Below are positions 24,661-35,985 of a stretch of 64,000 bases of DNA, piece by piece (positions within the stretch are counted from its first letter, which is position 1; every line of letters starts with the position of its first letter). Position numbers and translations under genes: made by a program. The notes beneath the pieces were generated by a model. It ran no database searches. It had not been told where the DNA came from and worked only from the letters and a program-made list of their open reading frames with translations. The DNA is from Felis catus (taxonomy: Eukaryota), in contig NC_058368.1 in NCBI RefSeq assembly GCF_018350175.1, forward strand, positions 194,744,001 to 194,808,000, in the 5' to 3' direction.

Positions 24661-25382
24661 CCCCCATTCTCCAATTGGAACAATTTAACCTCAGAGAACT
24701 AGCAAGTACCTAAGGTCACACAGTCAGTAAATGTAAAACTGGGGAATGTTAACAAGATATTCCCAACCAGGTGGTTACACTGCTTCCCTCCCTGACCTCA
24801 GGGCCATGTATCCAACTCACAGGGCCATGTTGGATACTTTGTCTCTGACACACTCCTATTCATTAAATGTCACTTTGGCTGTTGTAAAGCTGGCCAAAGT
24901 TCATCATCCTCCCACTTTCTTGCATTTTCCCATCTAAAGCAGAATGCTTTGGGGATCTTAGCATTAAAGATAACATTATCAGGATCTGGACCAGGAAGTA
25001 GGACCTCAGTTTCTCCCTGTGTGTAAGGAAGTACTCAGACTAAGTTATCTCTACAGCCTGAATGTGTGGCATATGAGCTCCAACATTCTACAATGCTAAT
25101 GTCATATCAGAACGCAGTTTCATAAGTCACCAGGCAGGGAAATGCTCATAAGTCCCAGAGCCTTACACCAGCTCACTCAACACATGAATCTCCTCTACAG
25201 CATCCCATGACTCATTGCCCCCCCTTTACTTACATTCTTACAGGTTTTTTAACCCATTCTGAATCCTCAGCATCTAGGGTGGTATCTGGTGATACATTCC
25301 ATACATGTGTTAAAGGAATGAATTAACGAATGAACGACAAACGATCAAATCAGAGGACAGCTCTAAGCTAAGGAAGTTCTGC

Positions 25383-25920
25383 TGTGGGACCCAAGGAATT
25401 TAACAAAAATTCCCTACCCCTGGACAAGCAGAGCAAGACTAACTCCATTTTGTGCTACACCCACCATCTCATTATACCCCCCACATGACCTGCTTATTGC
25501 TTAAGACACTCCCCCACCCTAGTCAAGCCGCTGAGCACACCCTTACTGGAAACCGGCTCATATAGGAATGCGGAACCCCTAACCGCCAAAGAATGTAAAC
25601 CCCGCCTTTTGCCCGCCAAACTTGCGCACCAGTTCTGACCAGAGTGATAGGCTAGTTCAGTTACTATAGGGTAAATTGTAATTCAATTGGCCGCCTGCGT
25701 GTGGACTGACATGACTATGCAACTTTCTGTGTGGGTTACAATCTCATTGGCCACTGGCCCCCATAAAACTGCTACGCCTCTTAACCTAGGGGTCCAAGTC
25801 CCTGCTCCGCTGTGTCGGGCATCCTTGGGCCCAAGCTCGAGCTTGCAAATAAACCCTCGTGCGTTTGCATCGGTATCGGCTCCTTGGTGGTCTCTCGGAT
25901 TTGAAATCGGGGGCATTACA
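25383..25920 (+). mobile_element. Gammaretrovirus-like (ERV1) solo LTR, young
   Basis: 538 bp, TG..CA termini, 4-bp TSD ctgc/ctac (one mismatch), TATA-like cataaaa ~25762, AATAAA 25848-25853; R/U5 'aataaaccctcgtgcgtttgcatcgg..tggtctc..cgggggcattaca' resembles the MLV R/U5; CpGs retained. Confidence 0.85.
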
Positions 25921-26774
25921 CTACATCATAAAAACTCACATTTAAAATAATTGCATCAGTACAGCCATGATCACTTATCCAGTGATTATTCGCTCCCCAG
26001 CACGATACTAATGCCTTAGCGTGCATTCCGTTGTTGAGCTGCAACCAGTTTCAACACACTGGTCCCACTTCTACCCCAACAGCTGCCGTCTGAGGCCTTG
26101 CTGTGTGCCTGCCACTATGCTGCCCGCTTCACACAGCCTCTCGCATTTAATACTATCAACAAACTTAAGAAGTAGATATCGTCATCTCTGCTTACCAATG
26201 AAGATTAGGGACGTCAATAACCAGCCCAAGAAGACAATGCGTAGAAGTGTCTGGATTATACGCCAGGACTGCCAATGCAAAACCCCACGTGGTAAACCAC
26301 AGGCAGCACCCAATCCCAATGACTAAGAAGCCTTAGCTGTCTCGGTGGAGAGATCCAACCGATGACAGAAACTAAAGCATACAAAACGCATGTGTTCTGA
26401 AATACTCCAGGTAGAAAAGGGAAACCAGAAAGGCAGTGAGAGCAAGACTTCACAGCTGTCCCCTCCAGGCCTGGAGGTGGTATCCACGAATTACAGTGGC
26501 TCCTCCCCAGAGTGGCCCCGCCCTCCAGGGCTCTGCACAACACAGGACAGGGGCAGAGGATCCTGCCTGGGGCCAAACAGAACACTGCCACGCCCTGATG
26601 CGTGTAAACCTACCAAATCCCCAGCAAGGAAAGGCCAGAGACAAGGAGCCTGGCTCTCCTCTCACCTGGAAGCAGCAAAGGCAACACACACTGGAGCCTA
26701 AAATATCCCTTCACCTCTCCCTGACCCTGGTTGCACTTTACTGTTGCATGAGATCAACAGATCATTAACCTTTC

Positions 26775-27046
26775 CGACTCAGGACTGTATTACACCTCCC
26801 TAAAATCATGGAAGATCCCAAAGAATGTTGGTTATATCTGTCTGTATTTATTATATTAGAAATTAAAATTGGGTCGCCTGGGTGGCTCAGTCGGTGAAGC
26901 GGCCGACTTCAGCTCAGGTCATGATCTCGCGGTCTGTGAGTTCGAGCCCCGCATCAGGCTCTGTGCTGGCAGCTCAGAGCCTGGAGGGAGCCTGCTTCAG
27001 ATTCTGTGTCTCCCTCTCTGTCTGCCCCTCCTCTGCTTGCTCTCTG

Positions 27047-27087
<41 letters not shown>

Positions 27088-27478
27088 AATAACAAACATT
27101 AAAAAAAATTTTTTTAAGAAATTAAAATTGAAAAACACTTTAAATTATTTTAACACAATCCACAATAAATCCATTCATAAAAATAACATATTGTTACATA
27201 AAATTACTGTTTCTCAAAGCAAACACACACACACACAAAATTCCTGGGAAGCATGGTATTGTTTTACTTTTTTGCAAATTTCTTTAACGTTTGGCTTAAT
27301 AAAAGACAGCTGGGTACTCTGCCTCTGTGTTCAGTCTGCTGCAATATCCTAAGTCATATTGCCTCTAGAAAATTCAACTGCACCCTCTTGAGAGGATGAG
27401 AGTGAAAAAGGCAAATAATGAAAATAGTTTTGACTTCACACATCAAGTGTCCCCAGACCATACTTTGAGAACTTCTGC
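26775..27478 (-). mobile_element. hAT-Charlie DNA transposon (Charlie1a/b-like), interrupted by a SINE
   Basis: 'ttttgcaaatttctttaacgtttggcttaataaaagacagctgg', 'atgagagtgaaaaaggcaaataa..aaaatagttttgac..gaccatactttgagaac'. Confidence 0.8.
26871..27115 (+). mobile_element. CanSINE
   Basis: Standard head, (CT)n and tail; 'agaaattaaaattg' duplicated on both sides. Confidence 0.95.
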
Positions 27479-27869
27479 CCTAAGCCAATCACAGAACACA
27501 TATGCTGGGAGCATCTGTGCTGCCCCCTTGGGCGTCTCCCGCTGTAGCCAGTCCCTTGTCTACCGTCACCTCCTCCGTGAAGCACTCTCTGATTGTGCAT
27601 CCCCTATACACAGGCTGGGGAGATTCTCTGCCTCTTTGAACTCTGGAAGTCCTTTGTTTTTCCTCCTTGTGTGTTATGCATCACTTTCTGGTTGGCAAGA
27701 GAGTCATCTGTGGTCACCTTTGACCCTCCTGCTCTCGTGTCAGCTCTTTAAAACAGGACCTGCATCTCACTCAAGGTCACACCTCTCGTTTAGATGACAT
27801 ACAGAGGTGGTATCCACAGGAAACATTTATTTGATTCATCTCATGCCAAGTCCAGCCTGTAAGACAGAG

Positions 27870-28090
27870 GGTGGCAATAAACACACAGACTTCCAGTCAG
27901 ATAGCCCTGGGTTCAGTTCTTTGCTCAGCCACTTCCTACCGAGGTGACTTGACGCCAGTTTCTTAATCTTTCTGAGCCTTAGTTTCTGCAACTAGAAAAT
28001 GGGGATCGGTAAGAGATGTCTTCCATACTTCGGATGTGAAAATTTAGGCATTGAGCACAATGTTGGACACAGCGCTCAATGACGGCCTTA
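27870..28090 (+). mobile_element. MIR
   Basis: 'agtcagatagccctgggttcag..cagccacttcctac..tttctgagccttagtttc..aaaatgggga'. Confidence 0.8.
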
Positions 28091-28199
28091 ATTATTTCCT
28101 TAGAGCCAATCCATCCCTGACTCCGGAGTGACACCTGACACAGGAGGTCACTGAGGACAGGAGACAGTGTAAACCTCGCTGTGAGGGGATTCCACCCTG

Positions 28200-29065
28200 G
28201 CTTTTCTACGGCTCAGCCTCCAGCATCCTTTCTCAAGTGCAAGTCTTTTCCTTGTGTCTCCTTTCAATTCTTCCCTAACGGTGCCCTTCTGAAGACTCTC
28301 TATGAGCTGTCACCACTGCTTCATTTCTTACAGTCCACCTGCCAGTCCATCTGCAGAGCCGCTCATCTCCACGTCTCTCCACTTTCACCATCCCGCCATT
28401 TCAAGCCACCATACTTTTCTCATGCTCGGCTACACAGCCCTTGATCTGTCTCTACTTCTCCCTGGAGAACCTTTTAATCTATTCTTCACTGAGCAGCCAG
28501 AATGACCTTTATCAATGGTCTTTGTCAATCTGCTGCTCAAAGCCCTTTAATGACTTCCTGTTGCTCATAGAATAAACACCTAACTCCTTACCATGACCTA
28601 CAAAGTCCTCCATGATCTGGGCCCTCCCCAACTCCCCAGCCTATTTCAAAGCATTCTCCCCACGCTGCCCTTGCTTGCCATCCTGTCTTTCCATCCCTAC
28701 AACCTGCCAATCTCTCCTCCACCTCAAGGCTCTTGTGTTGGTTGGTCTCCTGCCAGAAGTATTCTCCTGATAACTCCTACGTGTCTTGCTCATTTTCATC
28801 CTTCAAATCTCAGCTCGAATGTATGTCCTCATGGCCAACACAGCCTCACTGGCAACCCACTCACTCATCACCCTGTTTCTTTCATGTCACTTCCGATGAG
28901 TTATACTTATTTATTTGTTGGGTTTTTGTGTGTCTTTTTTTATTAATACATAACCTCCAAGAGGCAGAAATTTTGTATGTTTTTTTTCATATTATTCACC
29001 AAAACTGCATATGGCACTCAGTGCTTGTAGGTACTTAATAAATATGAAATATGTATTTAATAAAT
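28200..29065 (+). mobile_element. L2 3' region
   Basis: 'gcagccagaatgaccttt', 'aactccttaccatgacctacaaagtcctccatgatctggg', ends 'gtaggtacttaataaatat'. Confidence 0.8.
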
Positions 29066-29133
29066 GACTTATTGGTCCAATAGTTGGTAGGTGGTAGGAG
29101 ACAAGTTTCCAAACCTAGCCTGTTGCAGTTATC

Positions 29134-29255
29134 AAGGGAAAGGAAAGGGAAGAGAAGGGAAGGGAAGGGAAGGGAAGGGAAGGGAAGGGAAGGGAAGGGA
29201 AGGGAAGGGAAGGGAAGGGAAGGGAAGGGAAGAGAAGGGAAGGGAAGGAAAGGGA
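29134..29255 (+). repeat. (GGGAA)n pentanucleotide microsatellite
   Basis: Directly visible pure-purine array. Confidence 0.98.
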
Positions 29256-30600
29256 CACTGACTCCACCCTGGAACCTCTACAGCTCAAACTCAAGGATCT
29301 TTCTCCAGTGCAAACCAGTTCCTCGTGTATTCCTCCAGCCTTTCCCCGATGGTCCTCTATCAGTAACTATCACCATTTCCCTAATTCACCCTTTCCTTAA
29401 TTCCTTGCTACTTCTCCAGTTTTTCCTATTGGAGAGGGAAAAAAAGGAGCCCAGAAGACTTTCCCCCTAAGGATTCACTGCTAGTTGCTATGTGGACACA
29501 TTCAGGATTTAACAGAATTTATAAGAAGTCCAGAATATTACAAAAATTCGTGATGATCGCCCTTGCTCCATAGTTTCTGACTCTCTCTTGGGATCTTAAT
29601 CTGGTGCTTCTTTCTGCTATGAGAATTGGACCAACCTTCCTTCCTAAAACAGCCACACATCTCAGTCTGAAAAGGCCATCCTGGTCTCACTTCTGTAGGG
29701 TAAAGCCCTCAGTGCTCAGGGCTCTGCTCTCCTCTCCTCCACTGCCTGCCACTCATGGCTGGTAGGCAAGGATGGCTCTTTACAACCAGCGGGAAGGTGA
29801 CCACTGATACAGTGGCAACCAGCCAACATACCAAAATCATCATCCTCTGTGCCCTTTTTGGCCCAGATTCCAGCATGTGCCTGCCCCCTCCCAGGCACTA
29901 CACAGATCCTCGCCAGTGAACTGATCAAATCGTGGAAAGCTATGCTCAGTTGGTCTTTATGGTTATAATACTCTCAAAGCTTGAAAACATCCTTGAGGTT
30001 ACAGTACAGTGGATGATGTTATATGCATGAAGACTGGGAGACACAGCTTCTTGCCATTTAAATGCTTAGCACATCCTCAAGAAATCCCATTCTGCCTCCT
30101 CTTACCACGCAAGTTCCAGGGAGCTGGAAGGGAGAACAGAATTACCTCCCCATGTCCACCATCAGTATCCCATCTTTATTGTCATTGTTTAGCTGAAAGC
30201 TATTTAGCAAGCCGTTTTGAAAGCCCCCGGGTTGTTAAATTCAAGGAACTCATGCAAGAAGCCAAGAGAAAAACAAGCACAGCAACAACAACAACAACAA
30301 ACAAAAAACCATAGACTTACCCTGGACATTACAGAAAATTTCCCTCCTCTTCTCCATCCCTGACCAAGACATTGCCCCCTGCCTGGAACAAGTGAGAGAC
30401 CTGGACTTTGTTGATGAAGTCCTGTGATGTGCTGTGCCTGCAGGACTCTGTTAGTATCACTCATGACCTGTCTGCCAGGCTGGAGCTGCAGAGCAGAGGC
30501 TTGAAGAGCAGAGAGACGGTGGTCTACCCATGCATGAGAACAGACACCGGAAGAAGGCTTAGGGTTTTCAGAGTCCATCCATACACATTGTACTTGGTGA

Positions 30601-30783
30601 TTTTTTTTAATGTTTATTTATTTATTTATTTTTGAGAGGGAGAAAACAGGGGAGGGACAGAGAGAGAGAGGGAGGGAGAAAGAGAATCCCAAACAAGCTC
30701 TGGGCTGTCACAAACCATGAAATCAAGAGCTGAGCTGAAACCAAGAGTCAGATGCTTAACCAGATGAGCCATGCAGGCACCCC
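30601..30783 (-). mobile_element. CanSINE (internal deletion)
   Basis: Minus-strand head '..gcaggcacccc' with tail at 30601. Confidence 0.9.
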
Positions 30784-31121
30784 TTGGGTGATTCTTGCAC
30801 CCCTTGGGTGAGCCCTGCAAGGATATCTCTCCTTAAAAGGACAAGAAGCAGAATAAGAAAGGTTCAGTGATTGTCCAAGATCATACAGCAAGTAAAGTGC
30901 CAGTTCTCAAGCCTAAGGATGCTGACTTCTGATGCAAGCCTCTTTCATTAACAAGAACAATCCCTGTTTGCAACATATATCACAGTCAAAGGCTAATATC
31001 ACTGTTAGATACATAGATACCTGCCCAATATCTATCTCCAACTTTTGTGTTATACATGGAGTGTCAGTTCTATCCAGGACAATAAGAAGCCCAGACGCAG
31101 ACAACAAATAATTGGGTGAGC

Positions 31122-31307
31122 CAGTAGTTCTCAAAATTGAGCATCTCAGAATCACCCAGAAAGTTCATGAAAACACATATGACTAGCCCTACTCCAAGGG
31201 TTTCTGATTCAGTAGGTCTAGGGTAGAGCCCAATAATTTGCATGTCCAGCAAGTTCCCAGGTGATGGGGCAGATGCTGGTGTGGAGACCTCCCTTAGAGA
31301 ATCACCT
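31122..31307. mobile_element. MER5A (hAT-Charlie MITE)
   Basis: 'cagtagttctcaaa..cagaatcacc..tttctgattcagtaggtctagggtagagccc..aatttgcat..caagttcccaggtgat'. Confidence 0.88.
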
Positions 31308-31359
31308 GCTGAAACTTATCACGACGACCCTGATCTCCAGCTTCCCTGATGCCAGATGT

Positions 31360-31735
31360 GGCTGTGAATCTCAGCAGTTTGACCAGTAAGATGTTAGGAG
31401 AAGGCTGCTGGGTCTTCGAGGAAGGTTTCACTCCCTTAATATAAAGAACAGTATGCTTTGTGTTATCCCATCCCTTTTGTTCTGCTCTGGACAGAGAGGT
31501 GATGCCTGGGACTGCTGGACTCATCCTACACCCATGAGGCACCAAGACAACACCATAGGGAGAAGGAGAGGAGGACAAAAAAGAAAAGTCTGGATCATTC
31601 ATGACATATCTGAGCCCCCACAGGAGTGCTGGACCAACTACCTCTGAATGTCTTATCTTAGGAAGTTAGACAACCAAATGTCTTCATTACATAAGCATCA
31701 TTAGTCAGGTCGATTGTTATTCACAGTTAAAAGCA
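31360..31735 (+). mobile_element. MaLR LTR fragment (MLT1J-like)
   Basis: 'gtgatgcctgggactgctg..catcct..ccatgagg', 'aactacctctgaa', 'ttagtcagg..tgttattcacag'. Confidence 0.6.
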
Positions 31736-31883
31736 ACTGTAACCTATACAAAAGGTTTCTGCAAAACAATTTAAAAAACAACAACACTGGAAACTGGTGC
31801 CTTCCAGTATGCAAAAGGTACCTTCACATTCATTAGTACACTCAGTCCGGGGACAACTATGATGTTGGATTGAAAAGTTATTG

Positions 31884-32095
31884 AGGCACCAGGGTGGCTC
31901 AGTTGGTTGAACGACCAACTTTGGCTCAGGTCACGATCTTGCTACTCATGGGTTCAAGTTCCACATAGGGTTCTGTGCTGATAGCTCAGAACCCGGGGAC
32001 TGCTTTAGGTTCTGCATCTCACTCTCTCTCTGCCCCTCCCCTGCTCACGCATTGTCTCTCTCTCGCACTCTCAAAAATTGATAAACATTAAAAAA
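31884..32095 (+). mobile_element. CanSINE
   Basis: Head, body and tail visible. Confidence 0.92.
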
Positions 32096-32104
32096 TTTTT
32101 TTCA

Positions 32105-32216
32105 GTTATTTTTTTCTAGTCTGACTTATTTCACTTAGCATAATACCCTCTAGGTCCATCCATATTGTCACAAATGGCACAATCTCATTCTTTTTTATGG
32201 CAGCATAATATGCCAT

Positions 32217-32255
<39 letters not shown>

Positions 32256-32418
32256 ACATTTTCTTTATCCATTTGTCTATCTAATGGACACTTTGGCTGC
32301 TTCCCTCTTGACTACTGTAAATAATGCTGCAATAAACATAGGGGTGCATATATCTTTTTGAACTAGTGTTTTTGTTTTCTTAGGGTAAATACCCAATAGT
32401 GAAATTATTGGCTCATAT
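32105..32418 (-). mobile_element. L1 fragment (ORF2 end/3'UTR) with (TG)n
   Basis: 'tctgacttatttcacttagcataataccctctaggtccatccat', 'aataatgctgcaataaacataggggtgcat'. Confidence 0.9.
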
Positions 32419-32940
32419 CTGATAAGGGGTTAATATCCAAAACATACAAAGAACTCACACAATTCAATATCAAAGAAAACAACCATCCAATAAAAAATGG
32501 GCAGAAGATATGAATAGACATTTCTCCAAAGAAGACATCCAGATGGCTAACACACACGAAAAGATGCTCAACATCACTCATCATCAGGGAAATGCAAATC
32601 AAAACCACAATGAGATATCCTCTCACAACTGTCAGAATGGCTAGTATCAAAGAGACAAAACATAGCAAGTGTTAGCAAGACTGTGCAGAAAAGGGAAGCT
32701 TTGTGCATTGTTGCTGGGAATGCAAATTTGTGCAGCCACTAGGGAAAACAGTATAGAAGTTCCTTAAAAAATTAAAAATAGAACTCCTATATGATCCAGC
32801 AATTCCACTTCTAGGTATTTATCCAAACAAAATAAAAACACTAATTTAAAAAGATATGTACTTCCCTATGTTCAAAGCAGCATTATTTACAAAAACCAAG
32901 AAATAGAAGCAACCTAAGTATCCATTCATTGATAGACATA

Positions 32941-32983
<43 letters not shown>

Positions 32984-33480
32984 AGAATATTACTCAACCA
33001 TAAAAAATGAAATAAAAAAGAATGAAATCTTGTCATTGATGACAACATGGATGGACCTAGGGGATATTATGCTGAGTGAAATCAGTCAGACAGAGAAATA
33101 CAAGTACTATATGATTTCACTCATATATGAAGCTTAAAAAATAACGAAACAAATGAACAAACAAAACAAAACAGAAACAGACCTGTCGACACAGAGAACA
33201 AACTGGTGGTTTCCAGAGAGGAGGGGATCTGGGGAAATGGATGAAATAGACGAGGGGGATTAAAAGGTCCAAACTTCCGCTTATAAAATAAAGTCATGGG
33301 GATTTGCTATACAGCATAGGTAACAAAGTCAATAATATTATAACCACTTTGTATGGTGACAGATGGTAACTATACTTCAGTGATGAGAACTGAGAAATGT
33401 ATAGAATTATTGAATCACTAGGCTATATACGTGAAACTAATATAATATTGTCTGTCAACTACACTTCAGCCAAAAATAGT
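32413..33480 (+). mobile_element. Carnivore L1 3' portion with (CA)n at 32942-32981
   Basis: 'atctgataaggggttaatatccaaaa', 'aatgcaaatcaaaaccacaatgag', ends 'tgtcaactacacttca'. Confidence 0.93.
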
Positions 33481-33651
33481 TTGATGATTTTTAGTTTAAA
33501 AAAAAAAAAAGGTTTTTATCTACTAGCCATGCTTTATCAAAAATGTTTGGAGTTCATTGCCATGAAAAATGTTTGGATTTCAGTGCCATGAAGTATGCTT
33601 TGAGAAACAATATTCTAGGTATTAAATACATGTGTTTTTAAAATTAATACT

Positions 33652-33868
33652 GGGGCACCTGGGTGGCACAGTCGGTTAAGCGTCCGACTTCAGCCAGGTC
33701 ACGATCTCGTGGTCCGTGAGTTCGAGCCCTGCGTCAGGCTCTGGGCTGATGGCTCGGAGCCTGGAGCCTGTTTCCGATTCTGTGTCTCCCTCTCTCTCTA
33801 CCCCTCCCCCGTTCATGCTCTGTCTCTCTCTGTCCCAAAATAAATAAAAAACATTGAAAAAAAATAAA
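33652..33868 (+). mobile_element. Young felid CanSINE (SINEC_Fc type)
   Basis: Diagnostic 'cagccaggtcacgatctcg' and 'ctgggctgatggctc'; TSD taaaattaatact at 33639-33651 and 33869-33881. Confidence 0.96.
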
Positions 33869-34079
33869 TAAAATTAATACTAAATGAAAGACATGGACCA
33901 GAAAAAAAAAAACTATCTAAAGTTGTAGGCTTAATTTCAAACTTGTCTTTACAGATCCACCATGCCAGATAAGCAATAACTGTCCCCCAAAGACTGGAGT
34001 CAGTAAGCAAAATCAAACTTGACCTTCAGCACACATTTGTTGCAAGATTAGAGAAATCACCTACTACTGAGTATTGAGA

Positions 34080-34550
34080 AATATGTTCCAAAGAACAAGT
34101 TCTATAAAATGTTCCACCACCAAAAAATGTTTCGGAAATGATGCATATTCTATCTGACTCCTTGGAGGTACAAAACGAATGTTGACATTGGGGTGCCTGG
34201 GTGCCTCAGTTGGTTAAGCATCTGACTTTGGCTCACGTCATGATGTCACAGTTCATGGGTTTGAGCCCCGCATCAGGCTCTGTGCTGACAGCTTGGAGCC
34301 TGGAGCCTGCTTCAGATTCTGTGTCCTCCCTCTCTCTGCCTTTTCCCACTCACACTCTGTCTCTCTCTCTCTCTCTCTCAAAAATAAACATTAAAAAAAA
34401 TTTTTTAATGCATGTTGATATTAAAGGCTTAAAGAGGTCCTGCAGTAGAAAAATCTATTATATTCTGTTTATTGAAGACTTGCTCAAATTTACTTGGTTC
34501 ACAGAACATTTTCCTCCATGAGATCTATGACCCTTTCCAAACATTTGGTG
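34080..34550. mobile_element. hAT DNA transposon fragment (Charlie4z-like), interrupted by a SINE
   Basis: 'attaaaggcttaaagaggtcctgcagtagaaaaatct..caaatttacttgg..cacagaac'. Confidence 0.5.
34190..34405 (+). mobile_element. CanSINE
   Basis: Standard structure; 'atgttga(c/t)att' duplicated on both sides. Confidence 0.94.
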
Positions 34551-34649
34551 GCCAAGACTGACTCAACCTTGCGGCATATGCTGAGCATGGTGGGAAAGCT
34601 GTAAGCTCTAATGTTGATCAGCCTGTGTTCAAATCTCAGCTCTGTCAGG

Positions 34650-34810
34650 TACAGCCATCGATTCCAAAATGTATTTTTTCACATTTATCATTTCTTAAAG
34701 TCAGTTACATGTCTTGGTTTAATTGGTAGTATTTTTTTCCTTAGTACCAATAAAATAATGGTGCATCTTACAATTATCACACCATTAATTACTTACCAAG
34801 ATTGGTAAAG
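34650..34810. mobile_element. MER104-like TcMar MITE within a MIR (34580-34950)
   Basis: 'catcgattc..ttttttcacattt', 'ataaaataatggtgcatcttacaat'. Confidence 0.55.
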
Positions 34811-35526
34811 CATTGTGTATGACTTTTAGCTGGTCACATAATAATGGTGTGTCTCAATTTTCTCACTGGCAAAATGGGGACATTATCTACCCCCCAGAGT
34901 AGACGTAAGGACAAAATAGTGCCTAGCACAAGGTAAGCACTCAGTACATTAGCCATCCTAACAACTGTTCCAGGAACACTAAAAAGGCCCCCAGCTCCTC
35001 AAATCCCTTCCTCACCTCTTTATCGATTCTTCCTTTCACCGTGAGTATTTTCCCAAAGAGATACAAGTCTTAAAATGCAAGTCCATCAGGGAGAGGGGAC
35101 CACAGGCTGGCACTCATACTCAGGGATAAAGACGAATAAAAGATGTTCTCCTGGAGGCAAATGTTGACAGAGGGAGGGGGAGGGGTCACAAGACACAAAC
35201 AGTGTGTGAAGGTGGGGAAGAAGCTGGGCTGCGTCTAGTGGGGAAAGGACAGGGGTGAGGCTGGAGAGGTATCTTCCACTTTCTGCAGTTTTTCTCAGGG
35301 TTGAACCCAGGCTCGTTTCCCCTGAGGGCCTCACAGTACTCTTTGCTTAGAAACTGAGCATCTCCAGGAAGCTGCAGCCCTTCAGATGGGATCAGGCTTC
35401 CATCTAGGAGGACTGAGGCTAGCTGCTGTCTCTTAACTGCTGAGAAGTCAAGCTAAGAGGACCAGACTCCGGGCCCACCCCAACAACAACAGGACCACTG
35501 AGAATTCTTAAAACTTACAAACTACT

Positions 35527-35736
35527 TTATTTTTTTTTAATGTTTATGTATTTATTTTGAGAGAGAGAGAGAGGGAGGGAGGGGTCGAAAGGGAGGGAGA
35601 GAGGGAATCCCAAGCAGGCTCTGCACTGTCAGTACAGAGACCCCGATACGGGGCTCGAACCCACGAACTGTGAGATCGTGACCTGTGCTGAGATCAAGAG
35701 TCGGACGCTTAACTGACTGAGCCCCCCAGTCACTCC
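35527..35736 (-). mobile_element. CanSINE
   Basis: TSD aaacttacaaacta at 35511-35524 and 35737-35750. Confidence 0.94.
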
Positions 35737-35768
35737 AAACTTACAAACTATTTTAAAAACCCAACCCC

Positions 35769-35970
35769 TTCATGGGGGAGGGGAAGGAAAAAAAAAAAAA
35801 AGAGGTTAGAGTGGGAGAGAGCCAAAGCATAAGAGACTCTTAAAAACTGAGAACAAACTGAGGGTTGATGGGGGGTGGGTGATGGGTATTGAGGAGGGCA
35901 CCTTTTGGGATGAGCACTGGGTGTTGTATGGAAACCAATTTGACAATAAATTTCATATATTGAAAAAAAA
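35769..35970 (+). mobile_element. Young cat-type L1 3' end, 5'-truncated
   Basis: 'gccaaagcataagagactcttaaaaactgagaacaaactgagggttg..gacaataaatttcatatattg' plus pure poly(A); TSD aaaaacccaacccc at 35755-35768 and 35971-35984. Confidence 0.93.
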
Positions 35971-35985
35971 AAAAACCCAACCCCA

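Noticed and set aside
33539..33590. 26-bp imperfect tandem duplication
   Set aside because: Two units only, consistent with ordinary slippage; not an array or CRISPR-like structure.
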